Shown: piece by piece, positions 25,941-37,012 of the stretch
How positions within the stretch are numbered: the first letter of the stretch is position 1
Layout: every line of letters begins with the position of its first letter
Origin: a candidate division FCPU426 bacterium
Lineage (GTDB): Bacteria; Oederibacteriota; Muellerivitia; Muellerivitales; Muellerivitaceae
Assembly (NCBI GenBank): GCA_963771075.1
Contig: CAVYSE010000018.1
Coordinates: forward strand, 220,558 to 284,557
Reading direction: 5' to 3'
DNA: 64,000 bases
Program-made: the position numbers and the translations under genes
The notes under the pieces: generated by a model
The model's database searches: none
Told to the model about the DNA's origin: nothing
What the model saw: only the letters and a program-made list of their open reading frames with translations

Positions 25941-26597
25941 ATGAAAAAGAGTCTAAGGATTCTAGGCTTCACGGGTCTTTTGGTGTTGGGTTTCGCTTTT
26001 CGGGGCAACGCCCAGGTGAATGTGGGAGTCGCCATAGGCGCCAATGGGCAATTGGACGCTTTCCACCTTGCCATCGGCGATTATTTCAAGGTTTCCGAAC
26101 AGCAGGTTCAAACCTGCCAGGAAAGCAACATCCCGGATGAGCAACAGCCGGTCGTGTTCTTTATCGCCCAGAGGGCCGGAGTCGCCCCGGAGGCGGTCCT
26201 TTTTCTGCGGGCCAAGGGATGGAGCTGGATGCAGATCGCGTACCATTTCCGCCTCAACCCCCGAATCTTTTACACCCCGGGGTCCTATGCCGGGACGCCC
26301 TATGCGCATGGTTATAACGCCTTCCAGGCACATGGCCGAATCAACCTTTCGGACGCCGACATCGTGAATTTCGTCAATTTAAAGTTCATGTCCGAGCATT
26401 ACGGCCATGAACCGGCGGAAATCGCCCAAATGCGCGCCCAAGGAAAGAGCTTCCGGGACATCAATGACGGGTATGTCCAAAAGAAGGAAGCGGTGGAATG
26501 GGACGCCAAGCAAGAACCCCATCGTTTTGGAACAAGGTACGGCGATAATCGCCCGGATGACCGGCGCGATGACCACAGGGACGGCGACCAGCGCTGA
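25941..26597 (+). CDS. Secreted hypothetical protein
   Basis: GGAGG RBS, signal peptide, helical LRAKGWSWMQIA / MRAQGKSF repeats. Confidence 0.8.
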   Translation: MKKSLRILGFTGLLVLGFAFRGNAQVNVGVAIGANGQLDAFHLAIGDYFKVSEQQVQTCQESNIPDEQQPVVFFIAQRAGVAPEAVLFLRAKGWSWMQIAYHFRLNPRIFYTPGSYAGTPYAHGYNAFQAHGRINLSDADIVNFVNLKFMSEHYGHEPAEIAQMRAQGKSFRDINDGYVQKKEAVEWDAKQEPHRFGTRYGDNRPDDRRDDHRDGDQR

Positions 26598-26623
26598 GGG
26601 CCTGGTGAGGAAATCCGGTATCC

Positions 26624-28033
26624 ATGCCTGACGAATCGTCGGAGGTTCCCTTCAGGGGGGGTGGGACGGTCATCCTGGAGGCGGGGCCTGATCCGGGACA
26701 ATTGCTTTTAAAGCTGGAGAGCCTTCGGGCGGCTGGCCCGGGGAGGGTCCCACCCATCCTCGTGCTGGTCCGCCCCGGCTCGAATGCCCCGATCCCTCCA
26801 ACTCTTTTGAATCAGTTTCCATCGCTCAAGGGCCTGGAACTGGGTCCCCAGTGGCGGAAAGAACTCCACCGTTCCATCCCGACCCGCCTTTTTGCCTACC
26901 TGCCGGCGCAAAGCCCCTATTCCCCGCCGCCTTGGGATGAGGCGGGGAAGGGGGACTCTTTCCTCCTTCCGTGGTTTCCCCCGCCCCTTTTGCCTGTGAC
27001 GGCCCAGATGACCCTGCTTCCCCCGGTTTCGGGATGGATCGCGGATAAAGACCTGCTTTTGAGGGAAATCCCGGGCGAGGGCCTCCCCACCTTGCGGGAT
27101 TTTGAGAGCCTTTCGGCTTCCGATCCCCTTTCGTCTTCCCATCCCCTTTCGTTCTCCTATCTTTCCGCCCCGGCCCTCCCTTCATTTGAAGGGTCTCCGT
27201 CCGATGAACCGCCTTTCGGCGGTAAGCCGTACCGGATCCAAAAAAACTCAAGGGTCTTGGGGATCGTCCCTTATTACCAATGCCGGCCTTGGTTGGAGGA
27301 ATGCCTGAGGTCCTTGGTGGGCCAAACCCGCCCCTTGGATGGGATCGTGGTCGTGGATGACGGGACAGGGGAACCCCCGCTGGACCTGGTGGGAAAATTC
27401 AACCAGGTGACCCTCTGGGGGTCGGCGCAAAACGTGGGGCCCTATCGGATCGCCCAATCGGTCATCGAGGCGACGCAATACGACGCTTATCTTTTCCAGG
27501 ACGCGGACGATTGGTCTTCCCTGGACCGCCTGGAACGCCTATTGGAAGCGGCGCAAAGTTCGGGCGCGGAATTGATCGGCACCCAAGAGCTCATGTACCT
27601 GACCGAGAACCTTTTTCCCAACGCCTATGCGAGGGACGTGAACCGGGCCCTTTCAAGGTCCAAGGGATACGCCTTGCTTCACCCGAGCAGTTTGGTATCG
27701 AGGGACCTGGTCATGCGCCTGGGCGGATACTCCTCCGGCATGCGCTTCGGCGGGGATTTGGAATTTCAACTGAGGGCCATTTACGCGGCGAGGGTCCGCA
27801 ACCTGGACCAGTTCTGCTATTTCCGGAGGATCCGGCAGAATTCACTGATCACGTCCGAGGCGACGGGGTTGGCCAGCCCCGCGCGCAGGGAACTGCAGGG
27901 CCGCATTTGGGCGAGGGCGGATGAAAACAGGGAGAGAACGGCGGGGGGGAAAGAAGCCCTGCTGAAACCCATCGCCCCGGCGGGGACCCTCAAGCTGGAT
28001 CATTTGATGGGACCCCCACTGAAACGGACTTAG
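26624..28033 (+). CDS. Glycosyltransferase family 2 with Pro-rich N-terminal region
   Basis: IVPYYQ...LEECLRSL, VVVDDGT, FQDADD. Confidence 0.85.
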   Translation: MPDESSEVPFRGGGTVILEAGPDPGQLLLKLESLRAAGPGRVPPILVLVRPGSNAPIPPTLLNQFPSLKGLELGPQWRKELHRSIPTRLFAYLPAQSPYSPPPWDEAGKGDSFLLPWFPPPLLPVTAQMTLLPPVSGWIADKDLLLREIPGEGLPTLRDFESLSASDPLSSSHPLSFSYLSAPALPSFEGSPSDEPPFGGKPYRIQKNSRVLGIVPYYQCRPWLEECLRSLVGQTRPLDGIVVVDDGTGEPPLDLVGKFNQVTLWGSAQNVGPYRIAQSVIEATQYDAYLFQDADDWSSLDRLERLLEAAQSSGAELIGTQELMYLTENLFPNAYARDVNRALSRSKGYALLHPSSLVSRDLVMRLGGYSSGMRFGGDLEFQLRAIYAARVRNLDQFCYFRRIRQNSLITSEATGLASPARRELQGRIWARADENRERTAGGKEALLKPIAPAGTLKLDHLMGPPLKRT

Positions 28034-28086
28034 GGTATGGCCGATGGGTTTGGCCGAACGGTGGGACGCCCCGCCGCGGTTAAGCG

Positions 28087-28452
28087 CTATTGGCAGGTCA
28101 GGACGAAACCCGGGTTCCCTCCGTTGGAGGCGAGCTGGTAGCAGGGGTTGCTGACGGAAACGGTCTGGCTTCCGCCGCTGATGGTGTAATTGCAGGCGGT
28201 GTTCACATAGGGGCATTGAACGCCGATCTTGTGGTTGCCCGAGCTGACGTTGGAGTAGAGGGTATAGGGCCCCCCGGTCGCGGTCTCAATGACGGAACTG
28301 CCCCCGTCAAGGGTAAAGGTCACTCCGCAACCCGTGTCGTTGTAAATATTAGCCAGGATATTGGCGGTGGACGAGCAGGACCAATGGGCGGCGGCGAGCA
28401 TCAAGAGGGCGCCGAATATCAGGGCGGGTAAGGCGTAAAGAAAGTTTTTCAT
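28087..28452 (-). CDS. Small secreted/lipoprotein
   Basis: MKNFLYALPALIFGALLMLAAAHWSC signal with Cys; GGAG RBS. Confidence 0.7.
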   Translation of the reverse strand: MKNFLYALPALIFGALLMLAAAHWSCSSTANILANIYNDTGCGVTFTLDGGSSVIETATGGPYTLYSNVSSGNHKIGVQCPYVNTACNYTISGGSQTVSVSNPCYQLASNGGNPGFVLTCQ

Positions 28453-28584
28453 GTGTCGCTCCAACGGTAGGTTATCGGCCTTGCGGATATTTTAGACGTT
28501 CCGGGCCAATAAAAGTGCCAAAATTAACATTCCGCCCTTTGCTCCCTTGAATAGGCCGGGTAGCATAGGCCGATCCTCCTGAAG

Positions 28585-30372
28585 GTGAACCGCATGAAGT
28601 TGAAATTCATTTTATTAATTCCGGCGTTTTGGGCCCTGAGCCCCGTCCTTGCGCCCGCCCAGGGTTTGCCACCGCGCGCTTATGACCTGCCTTCGCTTCG
28701 GGCCCAATTAACCTCTTATATTCAGGACCAAGTCAAGAAAAACCACGTAAAAGGCCTCAGCCTGGCGGTGGTGGACGGTTCAAACCTGGTCTGGTGCGGG
28801 GGATACGGTTGGGCCGATGAGAAAAACAAGGTTCCCGCCACCGGCGATACCCTTTACATGGCGGGGGGGATCTCCAAGGTCCTGACGGCCCTGGAGGTGA
28901 TGAAACGGGTCGAACTGAAAAAACTGAAGTTGGACAAGCCAGTCCAGGCCTATCTCCCGGACTTTTCAATCCATGACCGGTTTTCCCGGCCGCGTCCCAT
29001 CACCCTGCGATCCTTGCTGGCCCACCATTCGGGCCTGCCCGCAGCCTACCTGAAGGGAATGTTGTCCCCGAAACCCATGGGCCTGGCGGAGCTGGTTTCG
29101 GACCTGAGGGAGGATTCCCTGGTGGCGCCGCCCCAAACCCAATTTCGCTTTTCCTACCTGGATTACGACCTTTTGGGCAGGATTCTGGAGACCCAAGGAA
29201 ACGCCGAATTCCCGGAGGTGATGCGCCGGGACCTGCTGGAACCCCTGGGGATGGAATCCTCGACCTTTGACGTGACCCTCGAGATGGAGAACAAGCTGGC
29301 CAAGGGCTATCTGCGCGGGAAGGTCATGCCGCTTTCCCGCATGAGGGATTTGCCCGTGTCGGGCATGGCCTCCACCGCCAACGACCTATCCCAATTCATG
29401 CGGGCGATTTTGGGCGGCCGGACGGTGTCCGGGAAGCCCTGGATCATGGAAAAGACGGTGGCCTCCATGTTTGAGCCCCAATGGCCGGGAATGCCCATCG
29501 ATTTGGGGCAAAAGGTGGGGTTGGGATGGATGCTGAGCGGGTGGGAGGTGCCGGGGGCGGAACAGGTCGCCTGGCACGAGGGAAGCCTCTCACCCTATTG
29601 CTCCGAGATGGCGGTGCTTTACCAGCAGAAGTTGGGAGTGGCGCTTCTTTCGAACTCCTCGGAGGCGAAGAAGGCGGCCCGGGATATCGTCACGGGGGCG
29701 TTGAAGATGCTGATCCAAGCCAAATTCGGCACCGCGGAAAATACAGGGGAGACGAAAAAAGCCGCGCCCAAGGAAATCAAGATCAAACCGGAGGCCCTCG
29801 CCCCCTATACGGGATTCTATTCGGCTTTCGGCCAGGTGACCCCCATGGAGCAGCACGGCACCCATCTTTCCATGAGGCTGTTCAACGCCAACATCGACCT
29901 GGTGCCGGTGGGGGAAAACCTCTTCATGCCCCGGGTCAAGTATCTCCTCTTTTTCCACTATGATTTTCCCGAATTTATGGTGCGGTTCCGGACCCTCGAG
30001 GACCGGCGATTGGCGGTGTTGGATGGCTTTTCCGTGCCGGTGGCTTTCGAGCGAATCGATCCCGTCCCCGTCCCGCCCGCTTGGGATTCGGTGCTCGGGG
30101 AATATGCCCTGGATAACCCGGATGACCTGGTCACCGTCTCCAACGTGGATTTATCGGTGAAAAGAGGCGTCCTCACCGCCAGCCTCAAATTCAGCAACAA
30201 ACCCTATGACGTCAAGAATTACAAATATGACATGGCCTTCACGCCCCTGTCGGAGAACGAGGCGGTGGTGCCCGGCTTGTTTTTAACCGACGGCGGGACG
30301 CTTCGCGTGACGCGGGAAAAGGGCCGGACCCGGCTGTTTTATTCTGGATATTGGTTCACGAAAATTAAATAA
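28585..30372 (+). CDS. Beta-lactamase class C / serine-hydrolase-fold protein with degenerate active site
   Basis: GGISKVLT, ITLRSLLAHHSGLP, FSYLDYDLLG, LGM, WHEG motifs. Confidence 0.88.
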   Translation: MNRMKLKFILLIPAFWALSPVLAPAQGLPPRAYDLPSLRAQLTSYIQDQVKKNHVKGLSLAVVDGSNLVWCGGYGWADEKNKVPATGDTLYMAGGISKVLTALEVMKRVELKKLKLDKPVQAYLPDFSIHDRFSRPRPITLRSLLAHHSGLPAAYLKGMLSPKPMGLAELVSDLREDSLVAPPQTQFRFSYLDYDLLGRILETQGNAEFPEVMRRDLLEPLGMESSTFDVTLEMENKLAKGYLRGKVMPLSRMRDLPVSGMASTANDLSQFMRAILGGRTVSGKPWIMEKTVASMFEPQWPGMPIDLGQKVGLGWMLSGWEVPGAEQVAWHEGSLSPYCSEMAVLYQQKLGVALLSNSSEAKKAARDIVTGALKMLIQAKFGTAENTGETKKAAPKEIKIKPEALAPYTGFYSAFGQVTPMEQHGTHLSMRLFNANIDLVPVGENLFMPRVKYLLFFHYDFPEFMVRFRTLEDRRLAVLDGFSVPVAFERIDPVPVPPAWDSVLGEYALDNPDDLVTVSNVDLSVKRGVLTASLKFSNKPYDVKNYKYDMAFTPLSENEAVVPGLFLTDGGTLRVTREKGRTRLFYSGYWFTKIK

Positions 30373-30441
30373 TCGGGGCGGTCCCGGGGCCTCACGCCCC
30401 TTATCCGAATGGGGCGATCCGCAGGAACAAAAGGCTGGAAC

Positions 30442-30957
30442 ATGGAAAACCAATTCAAACTGACCCCGGAGCAGGAGTCGAGGAACAAAACCCAGGCCTG
30501 GCAGGGAACGGGTTTTATGCTGCTCGTGTTCATCGCGGTGGGAGGGCTGGGGACCTACCCTCTTTTAAGGGGCGCGGACGGGAACCATTCCAACCTTCTC
30601 TTTTTCTGGGGTTTGCTGGGAATCATCTATGTCCTCAGCAGCGTGGTGGGTTTACGGTCCATGAACGAAAAGATGGTGATCCGGGTGGAGGCGGGGCCGG
30701 ATGCGATCCTCCTCACCACGAAAAAGAGCCCGGAAACCATCCCCTACGCGACGATCAAGAAGATGGAGATCCAGACCGACCTGGAGGGGAAAGTGATTTT
30801 GATTTATTTAAGGGCGCAGGAAAGTAAAAAGGCCAAACCGGGAGAAAGGCCTTACCTGTTGTTGGAGGGGTTTGAGGGGATGGACCTCTTGGCCCGTGAA
30901 ATCGAGAAAAAAATCAAGGCTCCCGGCGTGGTGAGCCGAACCCAAAAAACAGGATGA
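30442..30957 (+). CDS. Two-TM membrane protein
   Basis: Two hydrophobic helices followed by a PH-like beta region. Confidence 0.7.
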   Translation: MENQFKLTPEQESRNKTQAWQGTGFMLLVFIAVGGLGTYPLLRGADGNHSNLLFFWGLLGIIYVLSSVVGLRSMNEKMVIRVEAGPDAILLTTKKSPETIPYATIKKMEIQTDLEGKVILIYLRAQESKKAKPGERPYLLLEGFEGMDLLAREIEKKIKAPGVVSRTQKTG

Positions 30958-30984
30958 AGCCGCGGGCGGCTTAGGCGCGGCGGC

Positions 30985-32265
30985 CTAAGCCCGGTCCTGG
31001 ATGGCGACGTAGTCCCGTTTCAGGGGCCCCTGGTAGACCTGGCGGGGACGGGCGATCCGGGTGTCCTTATCATGCCGCATTTCGCGCCAGTGGGCCAGCC
31101 AACCGGGCATCCGGCCGATGGCGAAGAGAACCGTGAACATGTTCACGGGGAAGCCCGCGGCCTTCAAGATCAAGCCCGAGTAAAAATCCACGTTGGGGTA
31201 GAGCTTGCGGCTGAGGAAATAATCGTCGTGGGTGGCGATTTCCTCCAGTTTCAAGGCGATATCGAAGGTGGAATCCAGCATGCCGGGGCGTTTCAGGAGC
31301 TTGTGGCACAAGTTCTTGATGATGGCCGCGCGGGGGTCGAAATTCTTATAGACCCGATGGCCGAACCCCATCAGTTTTCCCTTGTTGTTCTTGAGGTCCT
31401 CCACGAATTTCTCGGGCGTGGTCTTGGTATCGCGCAGGTGTTCCAGCATCTCGATGACTTCCTGGTTGGCCCCGCCGTGGAGCCTGCCCCAGAGGGCGCT
31501 GATGCCCGCCCCCATGACCGCGTAGATATTGGCCAGGCTGGACCCGGCCATGCGGACGGTGGAGGTGGAGCAGTTCTGCTCGTGGTCCGCGCTTAAAAGG
31601 AAAAACAAGTCCAGCGCCTGCACCACGTCCGGGTCCAATTGGTAGTCCTTGACGGGCGACGCGAACATCATGTTGAGGAAGTTTTCCACGAATTTGAGCT
31701 TGTTGGAGGGGTACACCACCGGTTCGCCGATGGACTTCTTATAGGAAAAGGCCGCGATGGTCCGGATCTGGCTCATCAGGTTGGCGATGATGATTTCCTC
31801 CGAGGCCGGATCCAGGTTGTCCTTGACCGGGTAGAAGGCCGAAAGGGAAGCGGCCACGCTGGTGAGGATGGCCATGGGGTGGGCGCCCTTGGGGTAGCCG
31901 GTAAAGAAGTGAAGCATGTCCTCGTGGATCAGGGAGGACTTGTTGAGCCTTTCGGAGAAGGATTGAAGATGGGCCTCGCTGGGCAGCTCGCCGTACATGA
32001 GCAGGTAGGCGGTTTCGGTGAAAAAGGATTTTTGGGCCAGTTCCTCGATGGGGATGCCGCGGTAACGCAGGATGCCCTTGTCCCCGTCGATGAAGGTGAT
32101 GTTGCTCTGGCAGGAACCGGTGTTGCCGTAGCCCGGGTCGAGGGTAATGTAGCCCGAGTCGTTTCTCAGGGCGGAGATGTCGATCGCTTTTTCGCCTTCC
32201 GTCCCAATGATGATGGGATACTCGTAGGTCTTGCCTTCCAGGATGATTTTCGCTTTATCCGCCAT
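30985..32265 (-). CDS. gltA: Citrate synthase (type II)
   Basis: DHEQNCST, LHGGAN, GFGHRVYKNFDPRA, YPNVDFYSG. Confidence 0.98.
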   Translation of the reverse strand: MADKAKIILEGKTYEYPIIIGTEGEKAIDISALRNDSGYITLDPGYGNTGSCQSNITFIDGDKGILRYRGIPIEELAQKSFFTETAYLLMYGELPSEAHLQSFSERLNKSSLIHEDMLHFFTGYPKGAHPMAILTSVAASLSAFYPVKDNLDPASEEIIIANLMSQIRTIAAFSYKKSIGEPVVYPSNKLKFVENFLNMMFASPVKDYQLDPDVVQALDLFFLLSADHEQNCSTSTVRMAGSSLANIYAVMGAGISALWGRLHGGANQEVIEMLEHLRDTKTTPEKFVEDLKNNKGKLMGFGHRVYKNFDPRAAIIKNLCHKLLKRPGMLDSTFDIALKLEEIATHDDYFLSRKLYPNVDFYSGLILKAAGFPVNMFTVLFAIGRMPGWLAHWREMRHDKDTRIARPRQVYQGPLKRDYVAIQDRA

Positions 32266-32477
32266 GATAGACCTCCCCGATAAGATGAGGGCATTGTAAG
32301 GAAAGTTATCATGGAGGGAAGAGGCTTTTTCAATATTTCTTCAATGAAAATGGATTTCAGGGCACGAAGTCACTCCTGGAAACCGGATCGGAAGCCGGGC
32401 CGGTTGAAAGGGCGCGCCCCCGCCAAACTTTTTAGGTGGAAAGTACGGATTGAAAACCGTTTTTTTCTTGAGAAGGA

Positions 32478-32684
32478 ATGGAAAACCCTAATAATGACCC
32501 CATGCATAAGGCCCAATACCAGCTGCGCGATTTGCTGATCCACAAAAAAATAGAAATTGTGGGCATGGTCGTTTTCGTGGACCGTAAGAACGCCGTCTAT
32601 CGGGTCTGTGTGGATGACGACATGCCGGTGGAGAATTGGGGCTTTCATGAGGTCGATCTCTACCAGAAGAATTTGGTCCCCTAA
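32478..32684 (+). CDS. Small hypothetical protein
   Basis: 68 aa, AG-rich RBS, globular-looking composition. Confidence 0.5.
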   Translation: MENPNNDPMHKAQYQLRDLLIHKKIEIVGMVVFVDRKNAVYRVCVDDDMPVENWGFHEVDLYQKNLVP

Positions 32685-32835
32685 TCCCCTTTCATTCGGC
32701 CCCCCCTTGGCCTTTTTAAAAGGAATTAAAGGCGAAACCCACCTTCGGGAAGTTTCAGCCGTCTTTTCAAATAAATCCCCTGGTTTTGCGATAAAATAAA
32801 GCGAGTTGTTTCCCTTCATCCACCGTTGGAGCCTT

Positions 32836-35800
32836 ATGCGAATCGTTTTAAGACCCTTGCCCTCTATATATTATTTCGCCCTTGCCTTGACCTTCCTGGC
32901 TCCCGGCGCTTTCGCCTCGACCGTTGCCGGCCACATCAAAACCGATAACTTCGGATACCGGACGACCGACTCGAAGATCGCTTATTTCACGGAAAACCCC
33001 GGTTCGGCGGTTAGCCTGGTGAATGCCAGCTCCGGCACGGCGGTTTATGGCGTCCCGGCGGCGGATATCATCAGCAAGGGGACGGACCCCACCTCGATCA
33101 CCGGCGACACGGTTTGGTGGGTCGATTTCTCCGCCTACACCACGCCTGGAAGCTATTACGTCCTTTCGACCAGCTTGAACGAGCAGTCCTACACGTTCCA
33201 GATCAACGACTGTATCTACCAGGCGCCTATGACCGCCACCCTGAAGGCCCTCTACTACCAGCGTTGCGGATGCGCCCATCCCGCCCAATACGCGGGAGCC
33301 AATTGGTCCGACAGCGGCGTCTGCCACTCGCAGGACGCGGCTTGCGGGCCCGCCTCCGGATGCACCTTTCCAAACACCTACGGCACCTTGAACCTGGAGG
33401 GCGGTTGGCACGACGCGGGGGACTTCAATAAATATATCGGCTCCACGCCCACCGGCGCCTGCGCCAATTGGGGCGGGGACTCCGGGGAAGCCCTCCACGA
33501 CCTGCTGACGGCCTATGAGTGGAACCCCGCCCTTTTCCAGGGCCTCTCCTCCAACATTCCCGAGTCGGGGAATGGGGTCGCGGACATCCTCAACGAGGCC
33601 ATGTGGGAACTGACTTGGTACCAGAAGATGCAGATGACGGATTACCATGTTTTGTCGGTGGTGCATGCCACGGGCGGGGGAGGCCAGTCGCCGCCCAGCA
33701 CGGACACCCAAACCCGCTATTACTACCCGCCCAACCCGGCGGGGGAGGCCCAGTTCGTGGCCATCATGTCCCACGCCGCGAGGGTTTTATCGGGGGTCCC
33801 GGGTCTTGCCAGCGCCGCGGTGTCGTTTAAGACCGCGGCGGAAAACACCTGGAACGCCTTCGTGTCCTCGGCCCCGGTGACCAACCAGCAGTTCTGGGCC
33901 GCCGCCGAGATCTTCCGCATGGAGGAGGCCCTGGGCGGGTCGGCCGCGATCGAGAGCAAAGCCCAATCCATCGTGGACAACTACCAGAACTGGAACGGAT
34001 TTTGGCTCAACGAGGACCTGTTCCAACAGAACTGGGGCATGCTGGCCTATATGCAGGCCACGAACGCCACCGCCTCGGTGGTGGCCAACATGAAGGCGGA
34101 TTGGGGCAACCTGGTCGCCAACATCTTTTCGGTAAACGATATTTACAACTCGGGAATGAACACTTACGACTATTTCTGGGGAGCCGATGAGGTAAAGATG
34201 AATTACGCCCTGGAGCTGTTATGGGCGGCCAAACTGAACATGACCGGGAGTTCCAGCGCGGTCACGTGCCAGCAGCAAGCCGAGAATTTCCTCCATTACA
34301 TGAATGGGGCCAACCCCCTGAACATGACCTTGATGACCAACTCCAACGCCATCGGCGCTTCCCACGGCGTCTGGCGCATTTACCACCAATGGTTCGGGAA
34401 TTACAATCCCGTCAACGGCCCCGGCACCTATTCCTACGACAATTTCATCGGCAAACCCGTGTCGGTCCTGGATCCCCTCTATCCCTATTTTTCAGGGGTG
34501 GACGCCTGGGGCGTGAGTGACAGCGGACCCTCTTCCTTCGGACCCCCGCCGGGTATCGTTCCGGATGGGCCGAGCCATGGTTACGTGGATTCCAATGGAA
34601 AGGCCCAGCCGCCCCTCTTGTCGGGCGGAGGGGCGCCGCCCTATGAGAAGGATTACCGGGATTGGGATTTTGTCGACAGCTCCGGGGTTTCTACCATTCC
34701 TTGGGTCGTGAACGAAACGGGGCTTTATTACACCGCCTCCTACATGATCGTAGCTTCGGCCTTCACCAATGCCTGCGCCACCGGGGCGACATCCACCCCC
34801 ACCCGGACCGCTACCCTCACCCCCACGAGGACGGCCACAGGCACCGCTTCCCCAACCGCAACCTTGACCCTTTCGCCCACCCGTTCGATAACCCCTACGG
34901 CGACTTCCACGGTCACGGCGACCCTGACCCCCACGGGTTCATTAACACCTACCATCACCTTGACCACCACGCCCACCCGGTCGATGACGCCGACGCCAAC
35001 CCGCACCTTCACCTCCACCCCCTCCACCACGGGTACCGCAACCTTGACCGTCACCTTAAGCGCTTCGCCCACCCGTTCGATGACCCCCACGGCGACTTTC
35101 TCGGCCACGGCGACCTCGACCACCACGGGTTCCCCAACATCGACCGCCACCTCGACCCTTACCCCCACCCACACGGCGACACCCCCTTCGTCACCTACCC
35201 TTACGGCGACTTCGACCACCACCGGGTCGGCCACCTCTACCCCCACCTCGACCTTGACGGGTACCGCGACCTCGACCGTCACCTTAAGCCATTCGCCCAC
35301 CCGGTCGATGACCCCCACAGCGACTTTTACGGTCACGGCGACCCCGACCGCCACGGGTTCCTCAACATCGACCGTTATCTCGACCCTTACCCCCACCCGC
35401 ACGACGACACCCACTTCGTCACCTACCCTAACGGCGACCGCGACCACCACCGGGTCGGCCACCTCTTCCGCCACATCCACCGCGTCCCGCACCCCAACCG
35501 CAACGGCGACTTCCACGGGTTCCTCCACCGGCACCCTATCCCCGACCTCCACCCCTACGGCTTCCAGGACCCCGTCGGTGACGATCACCGCTACGCCCTC
35601 CATTACCTTGACCTCGACGCCGTCCACCACCCGCACTCCCACTTCTACCTTGAGCCCCACGGCCAGTTTCACAGCGACGATCACAGGCACTTCGACCCTG
35701 TCGTCCACGATCACACCGACCCCGGTTCTGAGTTACACACCCAGCGATACCCCCACGATCACCCAGACCTTCACGGTAACCCTTACCCTTAGCCTGACCC

Positions 35801-36861
35801 CCTCTCCGACGTCCTCCCGAACACCCACCTCGTCTTATACCGAAACCGCCACTTCCACGGCCACCTTGCCACCCACCTTTACCAATACACCCACATCTAC
35901 CGCGATATGGTCCATCACCTATACATGGTCGCCTACTACCACCCCCACCTTGACCTGGACCCCCACCTTCACCTTCACACCGACATTCACGCTAACCCTC
36001 ACCAATACTCTGTCGCCGACTTCCACCGGCACACCCACGGCCTCCCCGACCCCCACCCCTACTTTCTCCAACACCTCTGCGCTAACGGCCACTCCCTCTC
36101 CGGTCTTTACCTTGACCACCACGGGAACTTGGACCACGACCTGGACTTCCACCCCCACCGCCACCCTTTCCGCCACTTCCTCGGCCACTTGGACTGCAAG
36201 CTTGACGTTCACCGCGACCCCGCCCTTCAGCTCTACCTGGACTCCCACGGGGACGGCCACCCATACCTCCACCGGAACGAGAACTTGGACGGCTACGGCC
36301 ACACCCAGTTGGACCTTCTCCTTCACTGAAACCTCGACGTCCTCCCTTACCCCAACCCGTACAATTACCCCCACGGTCACCGCCACGTCCACGGGCATGG
36401 ATACGGCGACCTGGACAAGTACTTTGACCTTTTCCTTTACGCCCTCTCCCAGCGCGACTTCTTCTTGGACACCCCTTTGGACGGGAACCCCCACGCCAAG
36501 CGCGACGAACAGCCAGACCGCGACCTTGACCCCCAGTTGGACCCCGACGCCCGTTCCCACAACAGCCCTAACGGCCACTGTCACCCTCACTCCCCTGTCC
36601 CAACCGGCTCTTTATCCCAACCCGGTCACCGGAAACACGGTCAACCTGTCGATTCCCTATGGAGGAAACGTGCAGGTGAATGTTTACACCCTGGCCTTCC
36701 GAAGGGTGATCCACCTGACCCTCAACCAAATGGTCCCGGGCGCGGTCGTTTCCTTGGGACTGACGGATGATTGGGGGAAGCCCATTTCCGACGGCCTTTA
36801 TTACGTGGTGGTCACGGGGCAGGGAAAAAGGTGGATCGGTAAGTTGCTGGTCTTAAGGTGA
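32836..36861 (+). CDS. GH9 glycoside hydrolase (Ig-like N-domain) + Thr/Ser/Pro stalk + T9SS-like CTD
   Basis: [21 protein letters not shown]; ~600-aa TxT stalk; YPNP...GLYYV...KLLVLR. Confidence 0.92.
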   Translation: MRIVLRPLPSIYYFALALTFLAPGAFASTVAGHIKTDNFGYRTTDSKIAYFTENPGSAVSLVNASSGTAVYGVPAADIISKGTDPTSITGDTVWWVDFSAYTTPGSYYVLSTSLNEQSYTFQINDCIYQAPMTATLKALYYQRCGCAHPAQYAGANWSDSGVCHSQDAACGPASGCTFPNTYGTLNLEGGWHDAGDFNKYIGSTPTGACANWGGDSGEALHDLLTAYEWNPALFQGLSSNIPESGNGVADILNEAMWELTWYQKMQMTDYHVLSVVHATGGGGQSPPSTDTQTRYYYPPNPAGEAQFVAIMSHAARVLSGVPGLASAAVSFKTAAENTWNAFVSSAPVTNQQFWAAAEIFRMEEALGGSAAIESKAQSIVDNYQNWNGFWLNEDLFQQNWGMLAYMQATNATASVVANMKADWGNLVANIFSVNDIYNSGMNTYDYFWGADEVKMNYALELLWAAKLNMTGSSSAVTCQQQAENFLHYMNGANPLNMTLMTNSNAIGASHGVWRIYHQWFGNYNPVNGPGTYSYDNFIGKPVSVLDPLYPYFSGVDAWGVSDSGPSSFGPPPGIVPDGPSHGYVDSNGKAQPPLLSGGGAPPYEKDYRDWDFVDSSGVSTIPWVVNETGLYYTASYMIVASAFTNACATGATSTPTRTATLTPTRTATGTASPTATLTLSPTRSITPTATSTVTATLTPTGSLTPTITLTTTPTRSMTPTPTRTFTSTPSTTGTATLTVTLSASPTRSMTPTATFSATATSTTTGSPTSTATSTLTPTHTATPPSSPTLTATSTTTGSATSTPTSTLTGTATSTVTLSHSPTRSMTPTATFTVTATPTATGSSTSTVISTLTPTRTTTPTSSPTLTATATTTGSATSSATSTASRTPTATATSTGSSTGTLSPTSTPTASRTPSVTITATPSITLTSTPSTTRTPTSTLSPTASFTATITGTSTLSSTITPTPVLSYTPSDTPTITQTFTVTLTLSLTPSPTSSRTPTSSYTETATSTATLPPTFTNTPTSTAIWSITYTWSPTTTPTLTWTPTFTFTPTFTLTLTNTLSPTSTGTPTASPTPTPTFSNTSALTATPSPVFTLTTTGTWTTTWTSTPTATLSATSSATWTASLTFTATPPFSSTWTPTGTATHTSTGTRTWTATATPSWTFSFTETSTSSLTPTRTITPTVTATSTGMDTATWTSTLTFSFTPSPSATSSWTPLWTGTPTPSATNSQTATLTPSWTPTPVPTTALTATVTLTPLSQPALYPNPVTGNTVNLSIPYGGNVQVNVYTLAFRRVIHLTLNQMVPGAVVSLGLTDDWGKPISDGLYYVVVTGQGKRWIGKLLVLR

Positions 36862-37012
36862 GCCAGGGAGGTACCCGTTTAACTTTTTTGAACCGGTTCA
36901 GGCCTTTGCCCTATGTTCCCGGATGTTAAAATGGGTTTGTCGGATGAAATCCCCTTGGCCTGAAATCCTTACTTCTTGAAATCAAATTTGTATTTCGTTT
37001 CCCCGGGAAAAA

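Noticed and set aside
34662..36590. His-rich and Val-rich ORFs overlapping the GH9 stalk (similar ones at 38-40, 52-53 and 56-58 kb)
   Set aside because: Shadow frames of ACN-rich Thr repeats.
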